DNA of 64,000 bases from Tubulanus polymorphus (taxonomy: Eukaryota > Animalia > Nemertea), in assembly GCF_964204645.1 (NCBI RefSeq), contig NW_027437465.1, positions 17,001 to 81,000 on the forward strand, in the 5' to 3' direction. Below, one piece after another: positions 40,832 to 51,676 of the stretch. The position numbers were made by a program, and so were the translations under genes. Positions within the stretch are counted from its first letter, which is position 1. The number at the start of each line of letters is the position of its first letter. The notes beneath the pieces are model-generated. The model searched no databases and was not told the origin of the DNA. It saw only the letters and a list, made by a program, of their open reading frames with translations.

Positions 40832-43800
40832 ATGGAAGCAAATAAGTACTACTGTCCAACATGTAATATCAATATAGATAAATCCCAAAAAGCAAGACAC
40901 AATAAAACTAAAACACATTTAGAGAATAAATTGAAACTAGAATATAAAGATGATATATTAGAAACTAAATTAGATGAATTAAAGAATGAAAAAGAAATAT
41001 ATAAATGTGATACATGTAATCTATCATTCAGTGATAAAAGATATTATAAAGAACATTTAAAATCTAAAAGCCATATTAGAAATAAGAATAATGATATTTT
41101 AGGTGTAGATTATTTTGATAAAGATAATGATAAGAAACAGAAGACAATTAAAAACATAAAAAATAAATTAAACAATAAAAGACCATACATGGAAGATGTA
41201 AGAAAATATATTAATTTATTGGATAATAAAAAAGATATAGAGATAACCGAAGCATTTAAAAGTGATATTGGCCCAGCAGCTATCGAGTTTAAATTTCATA
41301 AAGGAAAAACATTAGAAGAAAATAAAAAACATTTAGCAAATATGAAAGAAATAATGAAAATAATAACTGATGTTGAATATCCTAAAATTAGTATATCAGT
41401 TAAAGTAAAGTTTATAAAATCTGAAGATAAACCAATATATAATATAAATTCTCATTCACAACATATTATATATAAACAACATATAGATGATAAATTAGAT
41501 AAATGTTATAATAAAGTAAAAACTAAAATAGAAGAGAAATATTTTGAAGGATCTGCTTTAATATTTGATGAAATAATATTTATGACTTTACATGTTTATA
41601 ACACAAAATATAATAAGTTAACTAAATCAAAACCAATTGATGAAAATAATTTATCATATTATAAAGAACCAGATATTGAAGCATCGAGTTATATTAAACT
41701 ACCATTTAATACTAATGCTGTAATAAATGTACAAAATGAAGATGATAAATGTTTTCTATGGACAATTATAAGTTGTTTACATCCTGCAACTTATAATATT
41801 TGTAGATAAACTCATTATAAACCATTTGAAAATAATTATAAGATAGATAAGTATCCTGTTATAATTAAAAACATCCCAAAAATAGAAAGAGATAATAATA
41901 TAAAGATAAATGTATTTGATTTAATCAAATTGCCAAATACAAAAGGTAACAATATAAAACATTATACATTAGAACCTTTATACCTATCAAAAGATTATGA
42001 TTCAAACGATGTTATAGGTATACTATATTATGAGAATCATTATATGTGGATTAAACAAATAGATTTATTCTTTAGAACAGAAAGTGATCACCATAATAAA
42101 ATATATATATATATGTAGAAAATGTTTACATAGATTCAGTAATGAAAGTACATTATTAAATCATAAACAATTATGTGAAAATCATGATTATTGTAAATTA
42201 GTTTTACCAAATGAAAAAGAAAAAATATTAGAATTAAAAAAATATGATTACAAAAATAAAGTTCCATTTGTTATATATGGAGATTTTGAATCATTAAATA
42301 AAGAATAAACTGATCAAGAAAAGAAATATATTATAAAAGAAAGAAATTAAATTCTAATGAAAATGATTATTCTGAAGCACCACCAAAAACAAATACTATT
42401 AAAAAGATTCATCAATCAGCTGCTGCTTTCGGGTTATATATTAAATCTGATTATCCGGAACTAATTAAAAGTGAATATTATCATTATAGAAATGAAAATG
42501 TTATCAATCATTTTTGTGACTTATTAATTGAATATGAAATAAGATTTAGTAAATTATTGAATACAAATTTAGAAATTATAATGACAGAAGAAGATAAAGA
42601 AGAATTTGCGTTTGCAGATAAATGTTATTATTGTGAAAAGATATTTGATTATAAAGATAAAAAAGTAAGAGACCATGATCATTTGAACGGAAAGTTTAGA
42701 GGCGCTGCACATGAGAATTGTAACTTACAAGCTAAGAAAATTAATTTTGTACCAGTTATATTTCATAATCTATCAGGATATGATGCACATTTATTCATCA
42801 AACAGTTATGCCATAAAATAGAAGAAATTAATAACGAAATAGAAAGATTAAATTCAAATAGATCAAAAGATAAAATACCAACTTATAAATTTAGAATGTT
42901 AGCTAAAACATCTGAGAATTATATATCATTCCAATTTGGTTGTCTAAGATTTATAGATTCATATAGATTTTTAAATAGTTCATTAGATAACTTATCAAAA
43001 TCATTAGTTGATGATGAATTAAAAATATTAAAGCAACACTACCCAAATAATGATGATTTTCAATTAATGAGATATAAAGGCGCAATTCCATATTCATTTT
43101 ATAAATCACATAATGATTTTAATATAACTGAATTATTAAAAGAACAATTCTATGATGAATTAAAAAATGAATATGTTAAAGATGAAGTATATAATAGAAC
43201 ATTGAATATTTGGAATCCTTTTAGAATGAAAAATCATGGACAATTAGTAGATTTATATTTAAAATCAGATGTATTATTATTAACCGATATATTCGAAAGG
43301 TTTAGAGATGTAAACCTAAAATATTTCAATATTGATCCTTGTCATTGTTATTCATCACCAGGTTTAACATGGGATTGTGGAGTAAAATTTGCAGATATAA
43401 AAATGGATTTGTTAACAAATATAGATCAATTATTATTATTTGAAAAATCTATAAGAGGAGGAGTTTCAGGTGTATTAGGCGATAGATATTTCAATGTAAA
43501 TGATAACCCTGGATATAAGTTATTATATATAGATGCAAATAATTTGTATGGTTGGGCAATGATGGAACCACAACCTTATGGAGTATTTGAAATAAGTGAA
43601 GTTTTACAACAGGAAAACAATGATAAATTTGATTGGAAGAAAAGAATCCTAGATATTGCAGATGATTCAGATACTGGTTACTTTTTTGTTGTAGATTTAG
43701 AATATCCTGAACATATTAAATTTAAATCTAGAAATCTAGCATACTGTCCAGAACATAAAACTGTAACTCATGAAGAATTATCAAATTATCAAAAAAGAAT

Positions 43801-44852
43801 TAAACCCGAAAATCATATTCGTACAGAAAAGTTAATGGTAACTCAGGAAGATAAATCTAATTATGTAGTACATTATAGAATGTTGAAGTTTTATTTGAAT
43901 CAAGGAATGGTTCTAAAAAAGTACATAGATATATTTCATTTAGTCAATCTAAGTGGTTAGAAAAATATATAGATTTTAACACCAAACAGAGAACTAAAGC
44001 TAAAATTGATTTCGAAAAAGATTTCTTCAAGTTAATGAATAATGCATTCTATGGTAAGACTTGTGAAAATATTAGAAATAGAAATGATATTGAGTTAGTT
44101 AGTAATGGTAAAAGGATAAGGCATTTACAATCATATCCCAAGTTTTTAGGTAACAGAATATTTGATGAAAATTTAGCCGCAGTTAAGATGAGAAGAACAT
44201 CAATGAAACTTAATAACCAATCTGTGTTGGAGCATCAGTTTTAGAATTATCAAAATTACTAATGTATGAATTCTATTATAATGTATTACAACCACTTTTT
44301 GGAGAAAAACATATAGAAATATTATATTTTGATACCGATTCTTACATATTAAAGATAAAAACTGATAACATAACAGATGATTTAAAAACATTAAAACATC
44401 ATTTTGATTTTAGTAACTATCCTAAAGATCATGAATTGTTTAGCAATGATATTAAAAAAGTTCCCGGTAAATTCAAAGATCAATTAGGTGGTGAAGAAAT
44501 GATAGAGTTCATAGGTATTAGATCTAAAATGTATTCATATAAAACTAAAGAACATGAAGCTAAAAAGTCAAAAGGAATAACCAAAAGTGTAGTAGAAAAG
44601 AATATTCATTTCAAAGATTACATCAATGAAGAAGTTAGAAAACATAAAATGAGATGTTTAAGATCTGAAGATCATGAAATGTTTATTGAAGAAATTGAAA
44701 AGATAAGTCTAAACCCATTTGATGATAAAAGATATATTCTGGATGATGGAATTCATACAGTTGCTTATGGTTGTAATTTAGATGAATACTTAAAATTTAA
44801 AAGAGAAGAAACAAAAGAGAACGAGATAATGAAAAGAATTCTAACGTGTTAA
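40832..44852 (+). pseudogene. pPolB: Protein-primed family B DNA polymerase, broken by stops and frameshifts
   Basis: ORF fragments 40832-41809, 41930-42118, 42084-42308, 42557-43960, 44035-44244 and 44262-44852. Motifs: ExoI YGDFES, ExoII FHNLSGYDAHLF, ExoIII LYLKSDV, PolA YIDANNLYGWAM, PolB KLMNNAFYGK, PolC YFDTDS, plus NEDDKCFLW. Also an endonuclease-VII-like insert (CYYC..VRDHDHLNGKFRGAAHENCN) and N-terminal C2H2 zinc fingers. Confidence 0.96.
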
Positions 44853-44881
44853 TCAAATTTTGATAAAAATATGTATTATAA

Positions 44882-45235
44882 ATGGAGAGTAAACAAACAC
44901 ACAGTGAGAACAACAAATTATTTCTAGATAGAATTAAAGATATCACAAATGTAAAATCTGTAGATTATAAATTCAAAAAGTTAACAGAATTAACAATCCA
45001 TAAGAAATATCTAATTACAGATATTGTTACAGTTACTAATAACTATGGAGATAAATTAGTTATACACTTAGAATATGAACGATTAAAAGGAAATACATAT
45101 AAATTCAGAACATATTTACCAGATAGATTTCATAGATTATCAAGTGAAGATTTTGAAGAATTATGTTCTGGTGATTTCTATTTCGTATACAAAGGTAAGA
45201 ATGAAAAAGGGCACCATGAAATAGATTTCGAATAA
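44882..45235 (+). CDS. Small Polinton protein (117 aa), possible OB-fold/ssDNA-binding; paralog of 49932-50258
   Basis: Intact ORF with TATAAATG start. Shares FKKL..L, YG(D/E)K, (T/V)(Y/F)LPD and Y.GKNE.GHH with the 49932-50258 ORF. The function is a guess. Confidence 0.6.
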   Translation: MESKQTHSENNKLFLDRIKDITNVKSVDYKFKKLTELTIHKKYLITDIVTVTNNYGDKLVIHLEYERLKGNTYKFRTYLPDRFHRLSSEDFEELCSGDFYFVYKGKNEKGHHEIDFE

Positions 45236-45249
45236 ATTATGTAAAATAA

Positions 45250-46008
45250 ATGGTGGAATTAAAAGAATACAGAATATTTGTTGATTCAAGAAAACTTACA
45301 AATTATAAATCTCATAATTTACTAGTTCAATTAGATAGAGAATTTAAGAATTGTGTAGATTTGAAATTAGTAAATATAAGTTTATGTAATTCTTTTTATA
45401 ATATATCGGATAAAACTATTGGAGATAATACTGTTTTAATTCATATTAGAAATGTAGATAATTGGTTTCATCTAATTTTAAAACCAGGATTATATAATTT
45501 AGAAACATTAGCTCAAGAAATTAATCGAAGAGCACGGTTGAAAATTAGAAGAGATGATAAATTTTTAATTAGATTTATAAAAAGTGATAGCACAAATAAA
45601 ATTAAAATAAAGGTATATGATGAAAGTCAACATGCATTTATGGTAAAAAAACCTATAGCTAAACTGTTAGGAATTGTACCAGATACTGTTACAGGAAACG
45701 TAGATGGTAATTCAAATATAATACCTTTTACACACTTTTATATTTATTGCAATTTAATCGATCCTACAAAAACTTTCGAAGCAACTAAAGATATAACTTG
45801 TAATTCTGGTTTACTAAACATTTTACCATTGAAGAATGTTAACTAATTTGGAACGCAAATAAATTATAATTTAACAGAATGTGATTTCAAACTATGCATT
45901 CCTCGTTTTAATAATTTTAGATTAGAAATTAGAAATCATAATGGATACTTAATTGATTTAAATAATTTCCCTGTAATTTATGAATTAGTTATAAGATGTA
46001 GAGAGTAA
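45250..46008 (+). pseudogene. Minor capsid protein (penton, single jelly-roll) with one premature stop
   Basis: RIFVDSR..., ISLCNSFYNIS, LKPGLYNLETL, YIYCNLID, LLNILP. After TAA at 45844-45846 the frame continues ...LEIRNHNGYLIDLNNFPVIYELVI, a typical Polinton mCP C-terminus. Confidence 0.8.
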
Positions 46009-46024
46009 TTTTTTCATTATATAA

Positions 46025-46381
46025 ATGAATATAACTGTTGGACCGAGTATATGTTTTGGGTTTGATTTTAAACGTGAGAAAGAAATGAAATTTAACGTTA
46101 ATGATGTAATTACACATATCAAAAATATTACATTTTCTAATGAAACAACATTTGAGTATGAAACAACAATAGATCAAGAAACTTTAAATGTAGAAAAGAT
46201 TACTAATTTAATTAGAGAATCTTTAAGATTTTATGAATTAGATGAAGATTTTATCATCGATGATATCAAAAAAATAATAATTGAAATATATACAAATGAA
46301 ACTAGTAATGAAATAAATGTTGAATTAATCATAAATAAGATAACTAAATATTTTGATGATAGTAATTTTTTTGATAAATAA
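46025..46381 (+). CDS. Hypothetical acidic protein (118 aa)
   Basis: Intact ORF, TATAAATG start, co-oriented in the viral gene block. Confidence 0.55.
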   Translation: MNITVGPSICFGFDFKREKEMKFNVNDVITHIKNITFSNETTFEYETTIDQETLNVEKITNLIRESLRFYELDEDFIIDDIKKIIIEIYTNETSNEINVELIINKITKYFDDSNFFDK

Positions 46382-46603
46382 ATGAGTGATAATAAGTGGA
46401 TAATAACTGGATGATATAATGGAGCATTACTATCAGTTGGAACTGTTGGTTATTCAATGGTATTAAAAAAAGTATTTAAAATGGGAAGTGTTAATGTTGA
46501 TAGATTTGATATAAATGATATTTTAAAATTAACATTAGCAGTTACTTTATCTAATTTAACTATTGATTATTTAGAAAAACAAAAATATATTACTCCCATA
46601 TAA
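46382..46603 (+). pseudogene. Small hydrophobic viral protein with an in-frame TGA
   Basis: Manual translation: MSDNKWIITG*YNGALLSVGTVGYSMVLKKVFKMGSVNVDRFDINDILKLTLAVTLSNLTIDYLEKQKYITPI. AATAAATG start. Confidence 0.6.
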
Positions 46604-46627
46604 ATGCATAATTACTTTACTAAATAA

Positions 46628-47050
46628 ATGGCTTCTGCAGTTATAACTAATATAGGATCGGCAATTGTTAACGCTTTAGCATTTACTGGTGGTGGATATT
46701 TATTTAAATATATTGATAAAAATGGATCATTAACAGAACAAAAAATACATAACTTAGCATTAGAGAAATACAATAAAGCAGCAGAAGAATATAGAGAAAA
46801 GAGGCAAAACTATATGGATTATATTAACAAGGAATTATATGATCAGAAGATTTCACACAGAGATTTTCAATCAGTTGATGATGCAATGAGTTTATATAAC
46901 GCGGTAACAAATAAAGAAAAATTACATCTACATAAACCTACAATATCAGATTATTATACCCCAAGTAATGAACAGAAGAAATATGAAATAATTTGGATTT
47001 TAGGTGGAACAGTTATTGTTATATTTGTTGCTAATAAGTTTACTAATTAG
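46628..47050 (+). CDS. Membrane-active/structural viral protein (amphipathic N-terminus, C-terminal TM), 140 aa
   Basis: MASAVITNIGSAIVNALAFTGGGYLF followed by a coiled-coil and a hydrophobic C-terminus (IIWILGGTVIVIFVA). Resembles small ORFs I recall from invertebrate Mavericks. Confidence 0.65.
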   Translation: MASAVITNIGSAIVNALAFTGGGYLFKYIDKNGSLTEQKIHNLALEKYNKAAEEYREKRQNYMDYINKELYDQKISHRDFQSVDDAMSLYNAVTNKEKLHLHKPTISDYYTPSNEQKKYEIIWILGGTVIVIFVANKFTN

Positions 47051-47070
47051 TAATTTTTTTTGCTAAATAA

Positions 47071-47495
47071 ATGGATGATAATATTGATATTATTCCTCAT
47101 GATATAAATAAAACTAAATTAAAAATATATTTAGAAAAACAAATATTAGAATTTGAAAGTGACTTAAAGATAAAAAAGAAAAAATATTTAAAAAGTGAAA
47201 TTATATATTATTTGATTATAAGTGGTTCGGTTACAATTAGTTCTGTAATAACATTTCTAGCAATATTCAGTCCATTAACACCTTAAGCTATATGAATTGG
47301 TGTATTAGGATTAAGTGTTAAAGTGTTTTAACTGGTATAAGTTCAAAATTAAACATAAAAAGTAATAAAGAAAAAATTAAAACTAATATAAAAGAAATTA
47401 ATAAATTAAAGAATACACTAGATTATATAATAAGTTTAAATGGCCATATAACAGTTGAAGAACAAGATAAATTATTAAAAGAATTAGTTAATTCT
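47071..47495 (+). pseudogene. Coiled-coil/two-TM viral protein, disrupted and fused to the integrase remnant
   Basis: ORF 47071-47286 with a hydrophobic segment. The coding-like sequence continues through stops and a frameshift to ...KLLKELVNS. Confidence 0.5.
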
Positions 47496-47948
47496 TATCA
47501 TTCTTCTATTGGAATGAAACCTATTGATGCTAGAAAACCTGAAAATGCTGAAATTGTTTGGAATAATTTATATGGAGCATTTCTTGTAGATGATTTTGGT
47601 GAACCTAAATTTAAAGTTGGTCAAAATGTTAGAATTTCTAAGTATAAAAAGATATTTGACAAAGGATACGATCGAAATTTTACTAGGGAAATATATAGAA
47701 TAAAAAAGGTAATAACAACAAAACCATATGTCTATAAATTAGAAGATTTAGATGGTGAAGAAGTTGATGGCTACTTTTACGAAGAAGAATTAAGTTTAAC
47801 TACTGAAAATCTAGAACAAGAATATAAAATTGAAAAAGTATTAAAAACAAAAACTATTAAAAGAAAAAAATATTCTTTAGTAAAATGGGTTGGATGGCCA
47901 GATAAATTTAATGAATGGATATTATCAAGTAAAATTAAAAATATATAA
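47490..47948 (+). pseudogene. int: Retroviral-type (Polinton) integrase, C-terminal part with chromodomain; DDE core deleted
   Basis: NSYHSSIGMKP, PKFKVGQNVRISK..FDKGY..NFT.EI, YKLEDLDGEEVDGYFYEEEL, and chromodomain YKIEKVLK..YSLVKWVGWPDKFNEWI. Confidence 0.9.
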
Positions 47949-48557
47949 ATGAATAAGGAATTATTCATATTTGAGCCTCATAATATGTTAATTTCTGGTG
48001 TAACAAATTGTGGAAAAACTTATTTTATATTAAATCTATTAGAAACTGTTTATAAAAACTATTTTGATAATATAGTATTATTTTGTCCAACATATGAATT
48101 TAATGAAACTTATGATAGAAATATTACTAGAAATAATAAATTTATTATATTAGATCCTAAAACAGTAAAAGAAAATTTAGATAATTGTATTAAAATAGCA
48201 ATAGATATTTATAAAGGATCAAATACATTATTCATTATAGATGATTGTGCTAATCTACATGATTCAAAAGTTAGAGAAAGTGAGCTGTGCTATTTAGCTT
48301 TTTCTGGCAGACATTTTGGGATAACAACTTGGGTTTAAAATCAAAAATATAATTCAATTGTTAAAGACGTTAGAGAAAACATTAGATTTCTAGTTTTATT
48401 CTACAATAAAGATAGAAAATCGATGAAAAATGCACTTGAGGAAAATGATATTATTCCACATGATTTACATAATGAATATATGGATAAGTTGAAAAATATT
48501 AAAAGATCAAAATTACTATTTAGATTACAACACCCATTCAAATATGAATTTATTTAA
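47949..48557 (+). pseudogene. DNA packaging ATPase (FtsK/A32-like) with one premature stop
   Basis: Walker A GVTNCGKT, Walker B LFIIDD, GRHFGIT motif. TAA at 48336-48338, after which the frame continues NQKYNSIVKDVRENIRFL... to TAA at 48557. Confidence 0.92.
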
Positions 48558-48558
48558 A

Positions 48559-48835
48559 TTCAACTAGCTTGTTAATCTAGTTGAATTCTAGTTACATTCT
48601 AGTTGAATTCTAGTTATTTGTAGTTGTAACAAAAATCAACTAGATTTAACAATATTTTAACTAGCTTGTTAATCTAGTTTAATTCTAGTTACATTCTAGT
48701 TGAATTCTAGTTGTTAGTAGTTGGAACAAAAATCAACTAGATTTAACAAGAAATAAACAAAAACAACAATATTTCAACTAGCTTGTTAATCTAGTTGAAT
48801 TCTAGTTACATTCTAGTTGAATTCTAGTTGCAACA
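48559..48835. repeat. Three ~97-117-bp tandem units built from CTAGTT/AACTAG sub-repeats
   Basis: AACTAGCTTGTTAATCTAGTT(G/T)AATTCTAGTTACATTCTAGTTGAATTCTAGTT at 48562, 48659 and 48776. Confidence 0.9.
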
Positions 48836-48861
48836 TCACAACTAATTTTTTTGTTATATAA

Positions 48862-49468
48862 ATGGTAGGTGAAAAGAAAATAAAATCTAAAAATGGTGTT
48901 GTTCCAATTGAAAAAACTTAAGATGATTTAGGAATAACAGAAACAAAAATTAACTCCAGATGATGGTGCTTTAAATAATATTACAACAAATAATAATTAT
49001 GAATATTATCTTTATTGTAAACATCAATTAGAAATATTTATAGCATCTGGAAAATGTAAAAATTTTGTCGGTAAAAATTTAACTTATAATGAATTAGATA
49101 CAATGAAATCAGATGAAATTATTAGATTATTTAAGGTTTATGAAGCCGCGAGAACAGCTAGAATTAGTGACGCGATATCAGAAAATGTAGTAAAAGGTTA
49201 TAGTAAATTATGTAATTATATACTACCAATTGAAGATGAAAATAGATTATATTCCGATTTAAAAAATGATTATTTAGTTATGACTGAATTAAATAAATGG
49301 ATTGGATATTTATCATTTCAATTAGGTGGATTTATGACATTATTATCAACTGGGGTTATAACATTTTCAAATATTGAAAGTAAAAATATTTCTATAATAA
49401 ATGAGCGAGGTGGAAGAAGTGAAGGAATTAACTGTGAAGAAAAAACCGAGATCACAGAAACAAATTGA
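48862..49468 (+). pseudogene. Conserved Polinton hypothetical protein 'A', disrupted
   Basis: ATG at 48862, then stop/frameshift. YEYYLYCKHQLEIFIASGKC...LYSDLKNDYLVMTEL is homologous to 56050-56624(-). Confidence 0.7.
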
Positions 49469-49769
49469 ATGGTCTCGGCAATTAGGAATTAAATCACAAG
49501 AATATAAAAAAGCTGTAAAAGAAAAAATAAGTAATAAAAATGTTAATAAAAACGGTGAAAATATTGTTATTTCTACTCCTTCTAATGATAGAATATTTGA
49601 TAAATGTCTATATTTTACAGTTGGATTTGTAATTGTATTCATTTTGATTGGGTGTAATTGGTATAAGAAATCAAATAAAATTCATGATATTAATAATTCT
49701 GAAACAACTGCTATTAAGAATGAAAATACTTCTGAAATTCCAAAATTGACAATAAAAAAAATGGATTAA
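49401..49769 (+). CDS. Hypothetical TM protein 'B' (122 aa)
   Basis: Intact ORF, AATAAATG start, KKPRSQKQIEWSRQLG motif and a TM segment. Homologs at 55689-56049(-) and 63690-64000(-). Confidence 0.7.
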   Translation: MSEVEEVKELTVKKKPRSQKQIEWSRQLGIKSQEYKKAVKEKISNKNVNKNGENIVISTPSNDRIFDKCLYFTVGFVIVFILIGCNWYKKSNKIHDINNSETTAIKNENTSEIPKLTIKKMD

Positions 49770-49824
49770 TATTTTAGAAAAAAAGCAAAAAAAATAATTT
49801 TTTTTAATTAATTGAATATTAATT

Positions 49825-49901
49825 GAATATCTCACTACTTTTGTCTATCTATGCGGAACAATTAAATTGTCCAGATAAGTCATTTCGGATTCTAGATATT
49901 C
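49825..49901. other. Conserved ~77-nt non-coding element (candidate structured RNA or cis-site), copy 1
   Basis: TATCTCACTACTTTTGTCTATCTAT...TGTCCAGAT(A/T)AGTCATTTCGGAT recurs at 56721-56798 and, inverted, at 63570-63646. Closed by a terminal stem GAATATCT/AGATATTC. Confidence 0.6.
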
Positions 49902-49931
49902 ATTATCTTTATTAATTTATTTTTTAAAAAT

Positions 49932-50258
49932 TTAATCAACAATTTCTAAATCATGATGGCCATCTTCATTTTTTCCATGATAGATTATTTTAAATCCTTC
50001 TAAATCTTTTAATTCCTCTGTACTCAATGAAGCCCATTTATCAGGTAAAAATACTTTAAATTCTCGCGATGTACTAACATTGCAGTAGCTTAAATTAGCT
50101 GATACTTTCTCTCCATATTTAGTTTTTATCTTTTCTAATTTCAATATTTTATGTTCAATTTCTTTTGTAACATCAATTAACTTTTTTATTTCAAATTGTT
50201 TTTTTGCTGGTTTTATTCTGTTATTCATTGTTGCTAAGAATGCTTTTCTATCTCCCAT
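49932..50258 (-). CDS. Small Polinton protein (108 aa), paralog of 44882-45235
   Basis: Intact ORF with AATAAATG start; KYGEKV, FKVFLPDKW, YHGKNEDGHH. Confidence 0.65.
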   Translation of the reverse strand: MGDRKAFLATMNNRIKPAKKQFEIKKLIDVTKEIEHKILKLEKIKTKYGEKVSANLSYCNVSTSREFKVFLPDKWASLSTEELKDLEGFKIIYHGKNEDGHHDLEIVD

Positions 50259-50297
50259 TTATTAGGAAAAAAAATTACTTGTGGTGATGAGTGGTGT

Positions 50298-50343
50298 CTC
50301 GACCGCTCGACCTCTGGTATGAAAGCCTACTTTTCCTACTACT
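50298..50343 (-). repeat. Right terminal inverted repeat of element 1
   Basis: The reverse complement AGTAGTAGGAAAAGTAGGCTTTCATACCAGAGGTCGAGCGGTCGAG matches 40418-40463 at 36/46 positions without gaps. It starts 5'-AGT as Polinton termini do. Confidence 0.8.
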
Positions 50344-51656
50344 GTGGTTCTAAAGATCCATCGACAGATGAATTTGATAGAAGAACTAGATCGAGAATAG
50401 ATCCTGAAAATGTAAATCCAGATTTAGTAAAACAAAATTTAGAATATCATGAATATATTTATAATTTCAAACCTATATTTGAAAGATCTGGATATAATAT
50501 AAATAATAAAGGTGCTAGACTTTTAATACAAGAATTAAAATCTTGAGATGGTGAATATTATTATCATTTGAAAGATGATTATTATATTGATTTCTCTTAT
50601 AAAAAACAAAACAAAATATTAGCAGAATCAACTTTGCTTAAGTTAGACCTATCTAGAATTAAAAGAATAAGAAATAGTAATGAAATAGAAAATGCTACTG
50701 ACGCAGAAATCATTAAAAATGAAAAGGTATTTAAACAAAGAATTAATGACTTATTTGAAACAATCAATAATAATTTAGAACCAGAAACAACTTCTGAACA
50801 GAATATAACTTCCAAAACTAGTAAACCTAATTCAAGAGGAGTTCAAACTGAAAAACTTTTACCAAATGGTTTACTTGATGCAACAGATCAAGAATTAGAA
50901 GATTTAAATATATTTTCTGATAAAGCAATTAGAGAAATTTTTAGTAAAAGACTTGTATCTGATAAAATTACGCATGATAAAAGTATAAGAGATTTTAAAA
51001 TTAGAACTTTAGAAAAAGATAGAACTGATAAAATAAAAGAAATAGAACAATTAAAATTAGATAGAGATAATAAAGTTATTGAAGAAATTTAATTTAAAAA
51101 AAGAAATGCATATTTAGAAAAAGAAAAAGATGGTTTAGAATAAAACATAGAATTTCAGAAAGAAGAAATTAAATTATTAAAAAAATCATATGATTATAAT
51201 ATTAATAGATTAAAAGTTATTTTCAAAGATTTGTTGATAAAACCAAATTCTGAAATATCATTAAAAGATAGAATAAGATTATTATTTAAGTTAGAAGGTA
51301 TAACAATTCTTTCAATTCTAACAGCTGTAACTATGTTATTTACAACAATAGGTTTAGCAATATCAAATTCATTAAAATCTACGCCGACACCCAATAAACC
51401 AGATAAACCTCCAAGTCATGATAATTCTATACAGGATAAAGTGAAAGATGGATTAAATAAATTAGCAAAATATCTATGGCAACTATCTAAAAAATTTGCT
51501 GCAGCTTTACCCGGAATTATTGCATCAATTGTTGGTTTTATATTGAAATCTGCAGGAAGTATTATTAACTTTGCTGCAGAACATATTATCTTATTTTTAA
51601 TTACAGTTGTAAGTGCAATTATTTTTGGATTAGTGAATATGATAAAAAATAAATAA
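50344..51656 (+). pseudogene. Large coiled-coil protein with C-terminal hydrophobic helices (Maverick structural/membrane protein), 5'-truncated and disrupted
   Basis: Fragments 50344-50546, 50568-51092 and 51231-51656. LKDRIRLLFKLEGITILSILTA...LAKYLWQLSKKFAAALPGIIASIVGFIL resembles a conserved invertebrate Maverick ORF. Confidence 0.65.
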
Positions 51657-51676
51657 TTAACTTCTTTGTTAAATAA

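Larger units (their letters stand above)
40418..50343 (+). mobile_element. Polinton/Maverick (adintovirus-like) endogenous element 1, decayed and internally deleted
   Basis: Contains pPolB, minor capsid, integrase C-terminus and packaging ATPase. Bounded by inverted termini AGTAATAGGGATAATAGGCTTTCAG (40418+) and AGTAGTAGGAAAAGTAGGCTTTCAT (50343-). Very AT-rich. No matching 6-bp TSD (GACCCG vs GTGGTT). Confidence 0.9.

Noticed and set aside
50319-50546. ORF starting MKAYFSYY as a real gene start
   Set aside because: The first 8 codons lie inside element 1's terminal repeat, so the ORF is a chimeric junction.
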